From an uncultured Actinomycetales bacterium (GTDB lineage: Bacteria; Actinomycetota; Actinomycetes; S36-B12): DNA of 64,000 bases. Where the stretch lies: assembly GCA_913063435.1 (NCBI GenBank), contig CAJXYI010000006.1, positions 3,147 through 67,146 of the forward strand, read 5' to 3'. A program made the translations under genes and the position numbers. Under the pieces are notes generated by a model. It saw only the letters and a program-made list of their open reading frames with translations. It did not search any database and had not been told where the DNA came from. Positions 9,000 through 18,742 of this stretch are shown in pieces (positions within the stretch are counted from its first letter, which is position 1; each line of letters starts with the position of its first letter).

Positions 9000-9805
9000 G
9001 CACGATCACCAGACCCGCACGCACTGCCCGACCGTCCCGATCCCGACGATTCATCACCGACACGCTGGCACTCGCCGGTCGCAGCCTGGCCAAATTCCGC
9101 CGCAATCCGCAGGCCATCGTGTTCACCATCGTGCAGCCGGTGATGTTCGTGCTGCTGTTCCGCTATGTGTTCGGTGGTGCGATCGAAACGCCGCCAGGGG
9201 TCGACTACGTCAATCTGCTCATCCCCGGGATCGTGGTGCAGAACGCGTTGTTCTCGGCGGCGTCAGCATCGGTCGCGATCAGCGACGACCTCGCCAGCGG
9301 GTTCACCGATCGGTTGCGCAGCCTGCCGACCGCGCGCCTTGCTCCCCTGACCGGACGCGTACTCGCCGACACCTTGCGCGCGGGACTGCTGGTCGTGGTG
9401 ATCTTCATCGTCGGACTCCTCGTCGGCTTCCGGCCGGAGTGGGGTCCGGGCCTGCTGGTCGCCTGGTTGCTGCTGATGGTCATCGCCTTCGGCTTCGCCT
9501 GGATCGCCGTCGCAATCGGCGTCTCGGTGAAATCCCCGGAGGTGGCCCAGAGTGCGGGGTTCATCTGGATCTTCCCGTTGACCTTCGCCTCCAGCGTGTT
9601 CGTGCCCGTTTCGACGATGCCGGACTGGTTGGCCTGGTTCGCCACCATCAATCCGGTCACCCAGTTCGCCAACGCCACCCGTGGATTGGTGCTCCTGGGT
9701 GAGGTGGATTCCGCGATGGGTTGGACGATCCTGTGGGTCGTGATCTTCGCCGTCGTCGGTGGATTCCTATCGATTCGCGGCTGGAACCGGATGACCCGCG
9801 CCTAA
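8996..9805 (+). CDS. ABC-2 type transporter permease (DrrB-like)
   Basis: Polytopic membrane protein directly after the ATPase. The start was moved to the ATG at 8996, which forms an ATGA overlap with the ATPase stop. The track start was 8981. Confidence 0.85.
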   Translation: MSTITRPARTARPSRSRRFITDTLALAGRSLAKFRRNPQAIVFTIVQPVMFVLLFRYVFGGAIETPPGVDYVNLLIPGIVVQNALFSAASASVAISDDLASGFTDRLRSLPTARLAPLTGRVLADTLRAGLLVVVIFIVGLLVGFRPEWGPGLLVAWLLLMVIAFGFAWIAVAIGVSVKSPEVAQSAGFIWIFPLTFASSVFVPVSTMPDWLAWFATINPVTQFANATRGLVLLGEVDSAMGWTILWVVIFAVVGGFLSIRGWNRMTRA

Positions 9806-9827
9806 GGTGCGTGACACGATCTAGGTC

Positions 9828-11798
9828 ATGTCCTCGACCGAGCCCACCCTGTGGGACACGCTGCTGCTCATCATCGTCGCCTTCGCCCTGCTGATATCCG
9901 TCGGCTGGCTCTCGGGGCGCATCCTGGGCGTCAAACGCGGTCTCGGCAGGGCGATTCTCGCGGGCATCGTCGGGTTCCTGGCCGGCCTGATCATCATCTC
10001 CGCGCAATTCGGAGAGCGCGATGTCGAGGAACTCAATGATCTGTGGGCGTTGGGTGTCGGCTTCTTCGGCTACGTCCTGATCATCACCCTGCTGGCGAGC
10101 GTGGCCATCGACGCGATCCTGCGCCCGCGTGCCGCGCGCCGCAGGCTGTCGATCCCCCATCCGCTGCGGACGTTGCGCCTGCGACTGGCCACCGTCAGAC
10201 GACTGCGACAGATCGGCCACGCCGCACGGGCCAACGGCCTCATCGGTCGCGGGTTGCCTTCCACGACGAGCCTGGCCACTCCCGAAGGTGCACGGGCACT
10301 GAGGATGACCCTCGAGGACTCCGGCGGCATCCTGGTCAAGTTCGGCCAGATCGCCTCGACCCGCGAAGATCTGCTGCCGCCGGTTCTCACCGAGGAACTC
10401 GGTGCCCTGCGAAGTTCGGTACCCGGCCTGCCCGTGGATGAGGTCCACAGTGTGATCGAAAGCGAACTCGGCGCACCGGTCACCGAGATCTTCGCGGACT
10501 TCGACGATGAGCCACTCGCTGCAGCATCCATCGGCGTCACCCACCGAGCGACACTGCGCGACGGACGAGAGGTCATCGTCAAGATCCAGCGACCTGGGAT
10601 CGAATCGAGTGTCGAACGCGATGGCAGCGTGTTGATCTGGGCGGCCGGACAATTGCAACGGCGCTCCGAATCAGCTGCGCGACTGGGGCTGGCCGGACTG
10701 GCCCGAGAATTGGTCGCCGGAATCACCGAGGAGCTCGACTTCACCCGGGAATTGGCGAATAACGCCGCGATGCGCGCCAACGCCGGTGATTCCTCACCCG
10801 TGCAGATGCCGGAGATCTTCTCCGACTACACCACCAAGCGCGTGCTGGTGATGGAAGCCGTCGCCGGAGTTCCAGTGTCGGATCGGGCGGCGGTCGATGC
10901 AACCGACGTGCCCCGCCAGCAACTGGCATCACAGCTCATCGATTCCTTCCTCGCGCAGGTGCTCACCTACGGCGTCTATCACGCCGATCCGCACCCCGGG
11001 AACGTCCTCATCGACACACAGGGCCGACTATGGCTGATCGACTATGGTGCCGTCGGGCATCTGGATCCGATCACCCTGGAAGGCCTGCAGCAGTTGGCGA
11101 TGGGGTTCACGATGCGCGATCCATCGGTGCTGGCCCGAGGCGTGCGGCGGCTGGCCGGGCACGACGCCGACGACATCGACATCGCCGCATTGGAGTTCGA
11201 TCTCGGAGCAGTGATCACCGACATCTCCGGTGGTGGTTTCGATCCATCGTCGCTATCGGAGGTTCTCAAGGTCTTGAATCGCCACGGGGTCAAAGCCCCC
11301 GAGGCTTTGACCGTGCTCGCCCGAGCCGCGTTGACCATCGACGGCACCCTGCGCATGCTCGACCCCAGCTTCCGCATGGGTCCTGCAGCATCCGAACGGA
11401 TGGGAAGCCTGGTCCTGCCGACGACACTGAATCCGCGCGATCAGGTGATGACCGAACTCGTGCGGGCGCTGCCCGCGTTGCGCTCCATACCCCAACTCAG
11501 TGAGGATCTCGCACTGCAAGCCAGATCCGGGCGGCTGACGCTGCGGGTGGATCGCTGGTACGGACATGACGGCCATCGGCTCGATCGGTGGATTTCGCAG
11601 ATCCTGTTCACCGTGATAGGCGTCGTCGGCCTGATCGGATCCGCGCTCGTCCTCATCGCGGCAGGCTTGGCTCCCAATGCCGAAGTGGCGACGTATCTTC
11701 GTGTGATCGGCTTCGTCGGGATCATCGCCTCAACCGCCATGCAATTGCGCGTCGTGGCGCGCATTCTGTCCCGCCGTGATCGCGGTGACCCCTACTAG
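9828..11798 (+). CDS. ABC1/UbiB (AarF) family atypical kinase with N- and C-terminal transmembrane segments
   Basis: 656 aa with ABC1 motifs AAASIGVTHRATLRDGREVIVKIQRPG and YHADPHPGNVLI. Hydrophobic N-terminus and C-terminus. Confidence 0.85.
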   Translation: MSSTEPTLWDTLLLIIVAFALLISVGWLSGRILGVKRGLGRAILAGIVGFLAGLIIISAQFGERDVEELNDLWALGVGFFGYVLIITLLASVAIDAILRPRAARRRLSIPHPLRTLRLRLATVRRLRQIGHAARANGLIGRGLPSTTSLATPEGARALRMTLEDSGGILVKFGQIASTREDLLPPVLTEELGALRSSVPGLPVDEVHSVIESELGAPVTEIFADFDDEPLAAASIGVTHRATLRDGREVIVKIQRPGIESSVERDGSVLIWAAGQLQRRSESAARLGLAGLARELVAGITEELDFTRELANNAAMRANAGDSSPVQMPEIFSDYTTKRVLVMEAVAGVPVSDRAAVDATDVPRQQLASQLIDSFLAQVLTYGVYHADPHPGNVLIDTQGRLWLIDYGAVGHLDPITLEGLQQLAMGFTMRDPSVLARGVRRLAGHDADDIDIAALEFDLGAVITDISGGGFDPSSLSEVLKVLNRHGVKAPEALTVLARAALTIDGTLRMLDPSFRMGPAASERMGSLVLPTTLNPRDQVMTELVRALPALRSIPQLSEDLALQARSGRLTLRVDRWYGHDGHRLDRWISQILFTVIGVVGLIGSALVLIAAGLAPNAEVATYLRVIGFVGIIASTAMQLRVVARILSRRDRGDPY

Positions 11799-11821
11799 CT
11801 GATTCGGGTTGGGGCTGTTGG

Positions 11822-12358
11822 TCACTGCGCAGCAGGCTCATCCCCGATCCGTGCGGCACCATCGGAAATCGCCTCTCGTAGCCGGCTGCGCGCTCGCGAG
11901 AGCGCGGCGGAGGCACCGCCAACGGACACGTCCAACACCACCGCGATCTGCGCCTCGGTGAGTCCCTCCCATGCGGCGAGCATCAGCACTTCTCGGTCCC
12001 GCTCCGCCAGTGTCAGCCACGCTTCACGCAACACAAGATCATCAGTGACGAGCACACCGACGTCACTGCCAGCATCGCCATCGTCCACATGCATATCCGT
12101 TGGCAGGGCAGTCACCCGACGACGATGGGATGCGACAACTCGACGTGCCACGCCATACAACCAGGCGAGCGCGGGTTCATCCACATCGTGGCGACGACGC
12201 CAGGTGATGGCGAACACCTCAGCAGTCACGTCATCTGCATCGGCATTCGGATCGGCGGCGCCCTGGAGGCGACGGCGCGCATATCGATGCACATCGGCGG
12301 CGTGGTCATCGAAGATCCCCGCTAACCACCGCTCGTCTCGCGAACGATCCCCACTCAT
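11822..12358 (-). CDS. ECF-type RNA polymerase sigma-70 factor
   Basis: 178 aa. The region 2 segment is VTAEVFAITWRRR and the region 4 HTH is LTEAQIAVVLDVSVGGASAALSRARSRL. Its start has a 4-nt overlap with the upstream lipoprotein gene. Confidence 0.85.
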   Translation of the reverse strand: MSGDRSRDERWLAGIFDDHAADVHRYARRRLQGAADPNADADDVTAEVFAITWRRRHDVDEPALAWLYGVARRVVASHRRRVTALPTDMHVDDGDAGSDVGVLVTDDLVLREAWLTLAERDREVLMLAAWEGLTEAQIAVVLDVSVGGASAALSRARSRLREAISDGAARIGDEPAAQ

Positions 12359-12981
12359 CGCGGGCGGATGAGGGAGCGGTAATCCGCAGCCGTCGCCGGT
12401 CCATCGAGAAGTCGACCATCGGGCAGTGGAACCGCCAGCGCTTCACCCTGCTCGTTGACGACGAGCACACCTTCGGTAGTCCGCACCCCGGTCAATGTGA
12501 GGACCACCTGGCCGAGCAGCAGTACCTGCTCGGTCGGTGGCAGCGCCGTGAATGCCGATGATGCCTGCACCGTCACGATTCCCGGCTGGGGCGGATCAGT
12601 CTCGACGGCGCTCACGAAGGCTTCACCGGTGAGCGGATCTACCACGACCGTGCGCAGATTCGCCTGATCGGCGGGTGGACCTTCGGATAGTGCATCGAGC
12701 AACTGCTGCGGATCAGTGCCGGCTACCGGAGCGGTTACCGGGACGATGCCCTCCTCCTGCACGAACCACAGCCGCGCGGTGGCCGGTGCGGGAGTCGGCG
12801 GAGAAGTCTCGGTGGGAGACGCAGTGGGAGACGGCGAAGGGGGCAGCACATCAGAAGGCAGGGGTTGCGCACCTGAATCCACCGGAACTCCGCACCCGCT
12901 GAGCCCCACCGCTGTGACAAGGGTGAGGAGCATGGTGACGAGCATCGCCGCTGCACGGGTGGTGATCCGCTTACCCCTCAT
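12355..12981 (-). CDS. lipoprotein with GerMN-like domain (LpqB/AfsQ3-like accessory of the two-component system)
   Basis: Signal peptide plus lipobox (LSGC), a Pro/Ser/Thr-rich linker, then a GerMN-like body. It has 4-nt overlaps with both the kinase and the sigma-factor genes. Confidence 0.55.
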   Translation of the reverse strand: MRGKRITTRAAAMLVTMLLTLVTAVGLSGCGVPVDSGAQPLPSDVLPPSPSPTASPTETSPPTPAPATARLWFVQEEGIVPVTAPVAGTDPQQLLDALSEGPPADQANLRTVVVDPLTGEAFVSAVETDPPQPGIVTVQASSAFTALPPTEQVLLLGQVVLTLTGVRTTEGVLVVNEQGEALAVPLPDGRLLDGPATAADYRSLIRPR

Positions 12982-14321
12982 GGTGCCTCGACCGGCAGAG
13001 TGACGATGAAACGTGCTCCTCGGCCGCCGGGATTCGCGGTGACCTCCACGCTGGCGCCGAGTCGTCGGCTCTGCTCACGGACGAGCGCCAGGCCGAGGCC
13101 GGCACCATCGGTCCCGGCCGACCCTGATCCGCGGGTGAAAGGCTCGAACAACCGCATCGCTTCCTCCGGCTCGATGCCCGGTCCCTCGTCGTCGACGGTG
13201 ATCACCACCGGGTCGCGCGAGGTTTTCGGGGAGATCACCTCGATCCGGGTGACCCCACCTCCATGACGTTGCGCGTTATCCACGAGGTTCCCCACGATCC
13301 GTTCGAATCGTCGGGCATCGGTGTGGGCGAGCGTCTCCGCCCCATGGACGAGGTCCTCAGGTAGGTCACGATCACGCAACACCTCGCGGACCAGCGCGGT
13401 GACATCGGCGGTTTCGCGCTGGAGATCGGTGTCCGAGGTGACACTGGAGATCTCGAGCAGATCGAGCACCATCGACGACATCCGTCGCACCTGGCGAACG
13501 AGCACCTCGACGATTCCGGCATCGCGCTCGGGCAGTGATTCGCGGCGTCGTTCCAGAAGTTCGGCGGTACCGAGGACGGAGGTCAATGGTGAACGCAGCT
13601 CGTGGCTGACGTTCGCGGTGAACCTGCGTTCACGGGAAATCTGCGCCTGCACCGCCTGTGCCATCTCGTTGAACGAATCGCTGATCGGGTCGAGATCGGG
13701 ATCCCCCGTCGCCTGCAGGCGGACCGAATAATCGCCTTCCGCAATCTGGCCAGCCCCATCGGACAGATCCCGCAGTGGTCGCAGAATGCGCGCGCCCGCT
13801 CCACGACCCACCGTGACTCCTATGCCGAAGGACGTCACGGCGAGGCCGAACAGCACCCACCCGGCGATGACGAACGTCGTATCGAGATCGCGAAGCGGGA
13901 ACACCTCGACGTAGAGCCCGGCAGGCAGGCCCACGGCAACTGCCAGATAGGGATCGGAGCCCACCGTGAAGCGTTGCCAGGCACCACCGGTGTCAGCGGT
14001 GACGAACAGGAGGTCGGCAGGCAGTGATTCCGGTGACACGGTGACGCCTGCGGTATACCACTCGTCATCGACGAACAGCAGGGGCTGGGATGTCCCCACA
14101 GAGGGGATCTGGTCGAGAACCCGTCCCGGCGCAGTGCCTGCCTCGAGTCCGGCCGATGCAGCGCGGGCATCGAGGAGGGCGCGGGTCAAGGCAGCCGTCT
14201 CTCGCTGGTTGAGCAGATAGACCCGAGCCAGGAAGTACGTCGTCCCTGACACCGCCAGGGCGACGGCAAGAGACAGCACCCCGAAGGTCAGAGCGACCCG
14301 TGCGCGAAGACCCAGCCTCAT
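12978..14321 (-). CDS. sensor histidine kinase (two TM segments, HAMP, HisKA, HATPase_c)
   Basis: H-box SHELRSPLTSVLG, N-box NLVDNAQRHG, G-boxes DDEGPGI and GAGLGLALV. Confidence 0.9.
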   Translation of the reverse strand: MRLGLRARVALTFGVLSLAVALAVSGTTYFLARVYLLNQRETAALTRALLDARAASAGLEAGTAPGRVLDQIPSVGTSQPLLFVDDEWYTAGVTVSPESLPADLLFVTADTGGAWQRFTVGSDPYLAVAVGLPAGLYVEVFPLRDLDTTFVIAGWVLFGLAVTSFGIGVTVGRGAGARILRPLRDLSDGAGQIAEGDYSVRLQATGDPDLDPISDSFNEMAQAVQAQISRERRFTANVSHELRSPLTSVLGTAELLERRRESLPERDAGIVEVLVRQVRRMSSMVLDLLEISSVTSDTDLQRETADVTALVREVLRDRDLPEDLVHGAETLAHTDARRFERIVGNLVDNAQRHGGGVTRIEVISPKTSRDPVVITVDDEGPGIEPEEAMRLFEPFTRGSGSAGTDGAGLGLALVREQSRRLGASVEVTANPGGRGARFIVTLPVEAP

Positions 14322-14330
14322 CGGGTGGGA

Positions 14331-15020
14331 TCAGTCCTTGAGTCGATAACCGAAGCCGCGGACGGTCACCAAGTGCGCCGGATTCGCCGGATCGACCTCG
14401 ATCTTCGAACGAAGGCGATAGATCAGATTGTCGACGACACGACCATCTCCGGCATTGCCGTAGCCCCAGACCCGACGCAGCAACTCATCCCGGCTGAGCA
14501 CGCGCCCACGCGCCAAGACCAACTCCTGCAACACCCGGAATTCAATGCGCGACAACATGATCGGCTCACCCTCGAGGAGCACCTCAGCGGTATCGGGATG
14601 AACTTCGATCGGTCCGCAGATGAGCGACGACGGCTCCTCTTCCGTCGCTGTCGTGCGCCTCAATTGGGAACGGATACGAGCCGAGAGTTCCTTGGCCACG
14701 AACGGCTTGGTGACGTAATCATCCGCACCGGCTTCGAGGCCGGCGACCACGTCGTGGCTATCGGCCTGGGCCGTGACGACGATGATCGGGACCTGGCTTT
14801 GCGCCCGCAGGGACCGAATGACATCGAAGCCGTGGATACCGGGCAGGCGCAGGTCGACCAGGACGACATCGGGCTGCTCATCCTGGACGAGGACGAGCCC
14901 CTGCTCACCAGTTACCGCTTCCACGACGCGGTAGCCCTCTTCCTCGAGGAAGGTGCGCAGAACGAGCCGGATGGCCTCATCGTCTTCGATGATCATCACA
15001 GTGCGATTCAGGGCGGCCAT
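14331..15020 (-). CDS. OmpR/PhoB-family response regulator
   Basis: Receiver domain (VVLVDLRLPG) and winged-helix output domain (YRLRSKIE...TVRGFGYRL). Confidence 0.92.
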   Translation of the reverse strand: MAALNRTVMIIEDDEAIRLVLRTFLEEEGYRVVEAVTGEQGLVLVQDEQPDVVLVDLRLPGIHGFDVIRSLRAQSQVPIIVVTAQADSHDVVAGLEAGADDYVTKPFVAKELSARIRSQLRRTTATEEEPSSLICGPIEVHPDTAEVLLEGEPIMLSRIEFRVLQELVLARGRVLSRDELLRRVWGYGNAGDGRVVDNLIYRLRSKIEVDPANPAHLVTVRGFGYRLKD

Positions 15021-15118
15021 ATATCCCGTCGCCTTCTTCCGTAGGTCGGCTGCTCGTCGTTCCTACACCTTACGCCCCTCGACACCGTTTCCGGCCCAGC
15101 GATGCGAGACTCACCGCT

Positions 15119-15754
15119 ATGGCAGCAGGGAACTCACTCGCGGGTGTGGTCATTCTCGCTGGTGGAGCCTCACGACGGATGGGGCGGAACAAACTCCTGC
15201 TGCAGCGCGACGGTGTACCGCTGATCGGCGTCGTGATCGAGGGTGTGCATCGGCAGTTGCTCGCCCGGGCATCATCGGTGCCGACGATCGTGGTCGGTCC
15301 TGAGCCGACCGAGGGCACCATCCCCCCGGCTGGTTTCGAGGTGGAGTTCACCCGCGAAGCCCCACCCGGTGGCGGACCACTCGCCGCACTCGCTGCCGGC
15401 ATCGCAGGAATCGGAGAGTCCCCCGGAGCAGATTCGGTCGTCATCGTGTTGGCCGGCGATGCACCCCACGGCCCGGACGCGATGAACCTGCTGCTCGACA
15501 CGTTAACGGCCATCGGCACCCATCACGACGCGGCGCTTCTCACCGATGCACAAGACCGCCTGCAACCACTGTGTGCTGCCTATCGGCTACAGCCACTGCG
15601 ACAGGCCTTGGACGCAATCGGCGAAACCTTCGGTCGCCGCATGGACGACCTGCTCGAGCAACTTGCCATCGCTCGGGTGCCCGACACCATCGATGCCGCG
15701 CTCGACATCGACACCCCCGATGACGCGGTCCGGCTCGGATTCACCGGGGAGTGA
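15119..15754 (+). CDS. mobA: MobA-like molybdenum cofactor guanylyltransferase (NTP_transf_3)
   Basis: N-terminal ILAGGASRRMGRNK motif, plus PPGGGPLAALAAG and LAGDAP motifs. Confidence 0.75.
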   Translation: MAAGNSLAGVVILAGGASRRMGRNKLLLQRDGVPLIGVVIEGVHRQLLARASSVPTIVVGPEPTEGTIPPAGFEVEFTREAPPGGGPLAALAAGIAGIGESPGADSVVIVLAGDAPHGPDAMNLLLDTLTAIGTHHDAALLTDAQDRLQPLCAAYRLQPLRQALDAIGETFGRRMDDLLEQLAIARVPDTIDAALDIDTPDDAVRLGFTGE

Positions 15755-15762
15755 CCAGCGAA

Positions 15763-16557
15763 CTAATCCGCCGGAACCCAGGGTGCGGTCGTCTTGGACA
15801 GGAACGCTGTCATTCCGGCTCGGGCTTCCTCGGAGGTGAACAGTCGCGCTGACATCTGGGCGGTCCAGACGAACGCCTCGTCGCGAGACATCGTCGGAAT
15901 GCGGCGCAGCAGATCCTTGGTCTCGATCAATGCCTGTGGTCCACCGGCCAATAGCGCCTGGACATAGGAATCCACCGATGCATCGAGTGCATCGTCTTCG
16001 GCGACGGCGGTGATGAGTCCCGATCGCAGCACGCGATCGGCGCTGACGCGTTCACCGGTGAGCAGCAGTTCCGCCGCATCGCGGGGATTCATCCGCGGGA
16101 TGCACACGGTGGCGATGATCGCCGGGGCCAGTCCCAGACGCACCTCGCTGAAGGCGAAACGCGCCGATGCCGTTGCCACCGCGATGTCGCACGCGGCGAC
16201 CAGTCCGTTACCGCCACCGGCAACGTGACCCTGGATGCGGCCGATGATCGGCTTGGGATGATCGAGCATCGAGGTCAAGGCATCGACGAGTGCCTGCGTG
16301 CCACCGGTAGCGAAGCCGCCTTCCTCGGCCGCGACCGCACCGGCGAGGTCCGCTCCAGCGCAGAACGTCGAGCCGGTCCCGGTGAGCACGACGATCCGGA
16401 TAGCAGGGTCGACTGCCGTGCTGCGCAGGTGTGCGGTGAGCTGCGCCATCCCCTCACCATCGAGTCGGTTGCGCGCATCCGGGCGGTTCAGGGTGATGGT
16501 GGCGACACCGCCGGACACCTCGAGGAGAACCGCATCGGTGGCGGGGGCATCACTCAT
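15763..16557 (-). CDS. enoyl-CoA hydratase/isomerase family protein (methylglutaconyl-CoA or isohexenylglutaconyl-CoA hydratase type)
   Basis: Crotonase fold with oxyanion motif FCAGADL. Last gene of the carboxylase operon. ATGA overlap with the acyl-CoA dehydrogenase stop. Confidence 0.9.
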   Translation of the reverse strand: MSDAPATDAVLLEVSGGVATITLNRPDARNRLDGEGMAQLTAHLRSTAVDPAIRIVVLTGTGSTFCAGADLAGAVAAEEGGFATGGTQALVDALTSMLDHPKPIIGRIQGHVAGGGNGLVAACDIAVATASARFAFSEVRLGLAPAIIATVCIPRMNPRDAAELLLTGERVSADRVLRSGLITAVAEDDALDASVDSYVQALLAGGPQALIETKDLLRRIPTMSRDEAFVWTAQMSARLFTSEEARAGMTAFLSKTTAPWVPAD

Positions 16558-17711
16558 CGTTTCGTCATACCTTCCATCAACGTGATGATACGCAACATGA
16601 CCTCATCGGCTCCGCCACCGATGGACACCAGTCGTGCATCACGGTAATACCGGGCGACCCACATCTCCTCGGCGTAGCCCATGCCACCGTGGAACTGCAC
16701 GCACGTGTCGGCCACCTCCCGTGCGAGACGGCCCACCTTCAACTTCGCCACTGTCGCTTCGCGCGTGACATCCTCGCCCGCGGTGAACCGCTCCGCGGTG
16801 TGCTGCAGGAAACCGTCGACGATGTCGACCTCGGCATATAACTCCGCGAGTCGATACTGCAGGTGCTGGTTCGCGAGCAGCGGCTTGCCGAAGGCCGATC
16901 GATCCTGCAGGTATTCCTTCGTGCGATCGAGTGCCCGGCGCGTTCCGGCGATCGCGAGATAGGCCCCGACGAGGCGCTCATCTTGGAACTGGTTCATCTG
17001 CTGCTGGAAACCGCGGCCCGGTTCGCCGATGACATTCGTCGCCGGGACCCGCACACCATCGAGGATGAGTTCCGCGGTGTCACTGGATCGGTTGCCCATC
17101 TTGTCGATCTTGCGACCGACGCTGAATCCGGGCGAATCAGTCGGCACGATGATGAGGCTCATGCCGTGGTAGTCACCAGGTTTCGAGGCATCATCGGTGC
17201 GAGCGAGGAGACAGATCCAGTCAGCCTGCGTTCCGTTGGTGATCCACATCTTGCGACCTGTGATCACGAGATCATCGCCGTCACGAACCGCACGCGTGGA
17301 GATGCCTGCGACATCCGATCCGGCGTCGGGTTCGCTCACCGCGATCGAGCACACCATCTCCCCGCGCAGGGTCGGCTCGAGCCACTGCCGTTTCAATTCC
17401 TCCGAGCCGTACCGAGCCAGTGCCGGGGTGGCCATCGAGCACTGGACCGCGATCGCCATCGGGATGCCGGCAGCGTCGCAACGACCGAGTTCCTGGGCGA
17501 GCACATAGGTGAACGAGTGGTCGGCACCACCACCGCCGAACTCCGGGTCGTATTCCAACCCGATGGCACCGATCGCCCCCAGCTTCGCGAACAGATCGTG
17601 GGCAGGGAAAATCCCGGCTTCCTCCCACTCGTTGACGTGGGGATTGATCTCCTCTTCGACGAGACGGCGAACCGCTTGGCGGAAGGCCTCATGCTCTTCG
17701 GTGAACTTCAC
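16554..17711 (-). CDS. acyl-CoA dehydrogenase (isovaleryl-CoA or citronellyl-CoA dehydrogenase type)
   Basis: ACAD family over its full length (FHGGMGYAEE near the C-terminus). The start was moved to the GTG at 17711, which forms a GTGA overlap with the TetR stop and gives a family-typical 385 aa. Confidence 0.9.
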   Translation of the reverse strand: MKFTEEHEAFRQAVRRLVEEEINPHVNEWEEAGIFPAHDLFAKLGAIGAIGLEYDPEFGGGGADHSFTYVLAQELGRCDAAGIPMAIAVQCSMATPALARYGSEELKRQWLEPTLRGEMVCSIAVSEPDAGSDVAGISTRAVRDGDDLVITGRKMWITNGTQADWICLLARTDDASKPGDYHGMSLIIVPTDSPGFSVGRKIDKMGNRSSDTAELILDGVRVPATNVIGEPGRGFQQQMNQFQDERLVGAYLAIAGTRRALDRTKEYLQDRSAFGKPLLANQHLQYRLAELYAEVDIVDGFLQHTAERFTAGEDVTREATVAKLKVGRLAREVADTCVQFHGGMGYAEEMWVARYYRDARLVSIGGGADEVMLRIITLMEGMTKR

Positions 17712-18340
17712 GTCGACTCCTTTCGCGTGGATGAGCTGTTTCGGGTGTGCGACATCTGCAGGGACGAGGTCCACAGAGCGGTGAGAGTCGGGACCGCGAT
17801 GTCCTCGTCATAGGTTTCACCCCGACCAAACCAGTGCCGGGCGAATCCTTCGACCATCGAGCACAGCGCGGCAGCCGCAATATGCGAGTCGAGATCGCGG
17901 CGTGCCTCGCCGTCGATTTGCATGCGGTCGATCGTCGCAGCAACACGGCGCACGTGCGTGGCGCGAAGATCAGCGAGCACCACCTGGAATTCCTCACGCG
18001 ATGTCGCCGCCTGCTCGACCACGGCGAGCAAGCGGGCATTAGCGCGATAGGAATCGAGGTAGGCGCGGTTCGCACGATCGATGCGGGTAATGACGTCGGT
18101 GTCTTCCGGGGTGCGCAGAGAGTGATACAGATCAGCGACGACCGAGTCGACGACCGCGGCGAGAACCGCATCCTTCGTCGGGAACCAGGTATAGACGGTG
18201 CCGTGGCTGACCCCTGCAGCCGCAGCGATGTCACCCATACGGGTACCGTCATAACCGCGCTCCTCGAACACTCCACGCGCTGCGACGACGAGGCTGTCGC
18301 GGGTGCGCCGGCCGCGATCGGTGAGGGGTTCGGCGGTCAT
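17708..18340 (-). CDS. TetR-family transcriptional regulator embedded in the carboxylase operon
   Basis: The track ORF was trimmed to the ATG at 18340 (MTAEPLTDRGRR...). TetR HTH TRMGDIAAAAGVSHGTVYTWFPTK. ATGA overlap with the upstream gene. Confidence 0.88.
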   Translation of the reverse strand: MTAEPLTDRGRRTRDSLVVAARGVFEERGYDGTRMGDIAAAAGVSHGTVYTWFPTKDAVLAAVVDSVVADLYHSLRTPEDTDVITRIDRANRAYLDSYRANARLLAVVEQAATSREEFQVVLADLRATHVRRVAATIDRMQIDGEARRDLDSHIAAAALCSMVEGFARHWFGRGETYDEDIAVPTLTALWTSSLQMSHTRNSSSTRKEST

Positions 18341-18729
18341 GCGAGGTTCACCATCGGGTCGGGGATCAGATGAGCCGGAATGTCGGCAAAGCGGGCCCGC
18401 AGCAGTTCGCCCAGACCCTTCGCCTGTGGATCGAGGGAGGAGTTCTGTGAAACACCGCGACCGAGGAGGCCGTGGATGACGATGTTGATCGCGTACAGAT
18501 TGGGCAGCGGATGAATATCGACGACCAATCCCTGCGCTTCGGGCAGCAATTCGCGCACCCGGTCGACGGTGACGAACTCGGTAAGCCAGGCGAAGGCAGC
18601 GTCGCGATCGGGCACGGCCACGGGAATCCACACACCGACGTTGGCGTTTCCACCCTTGTCGCCGCTTCGGGCACCGACCAACCGGCCTAGTGGGACGCGG
18701 GTCACCTCGCTCGACATGTCATCCTTCAT
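18337..18729 (-). CDS. small AtuA-C-terminal-like protein (DUF4387-like partner of DUF1446)
   Basis: The track ORF was trimmed to the ATG at 18729 (MKDDMSSEVTRVPLGRLVGARSGDKGGNANVG...). It follows the DUF1446 gene by 13 nt. From memory it corresponds to the C-terminal part of single-chain AtuA proteins. Confidence 0.6.
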   Translation of the reverse strand: MKDDMSSEVTRVPLGRLVGARSGDKGGNANVGVWIPVAVPDRDAAFAWLTEFVTVDRVRELLPEAQGLVVDIHPLPNLYAINIVIHGLLGRGVSQNSSLDPQAKGLGELLRARFADIPAHLIPDPMVNLA

Positions 18730-18742
18730 GGCAGTTTCGCAT

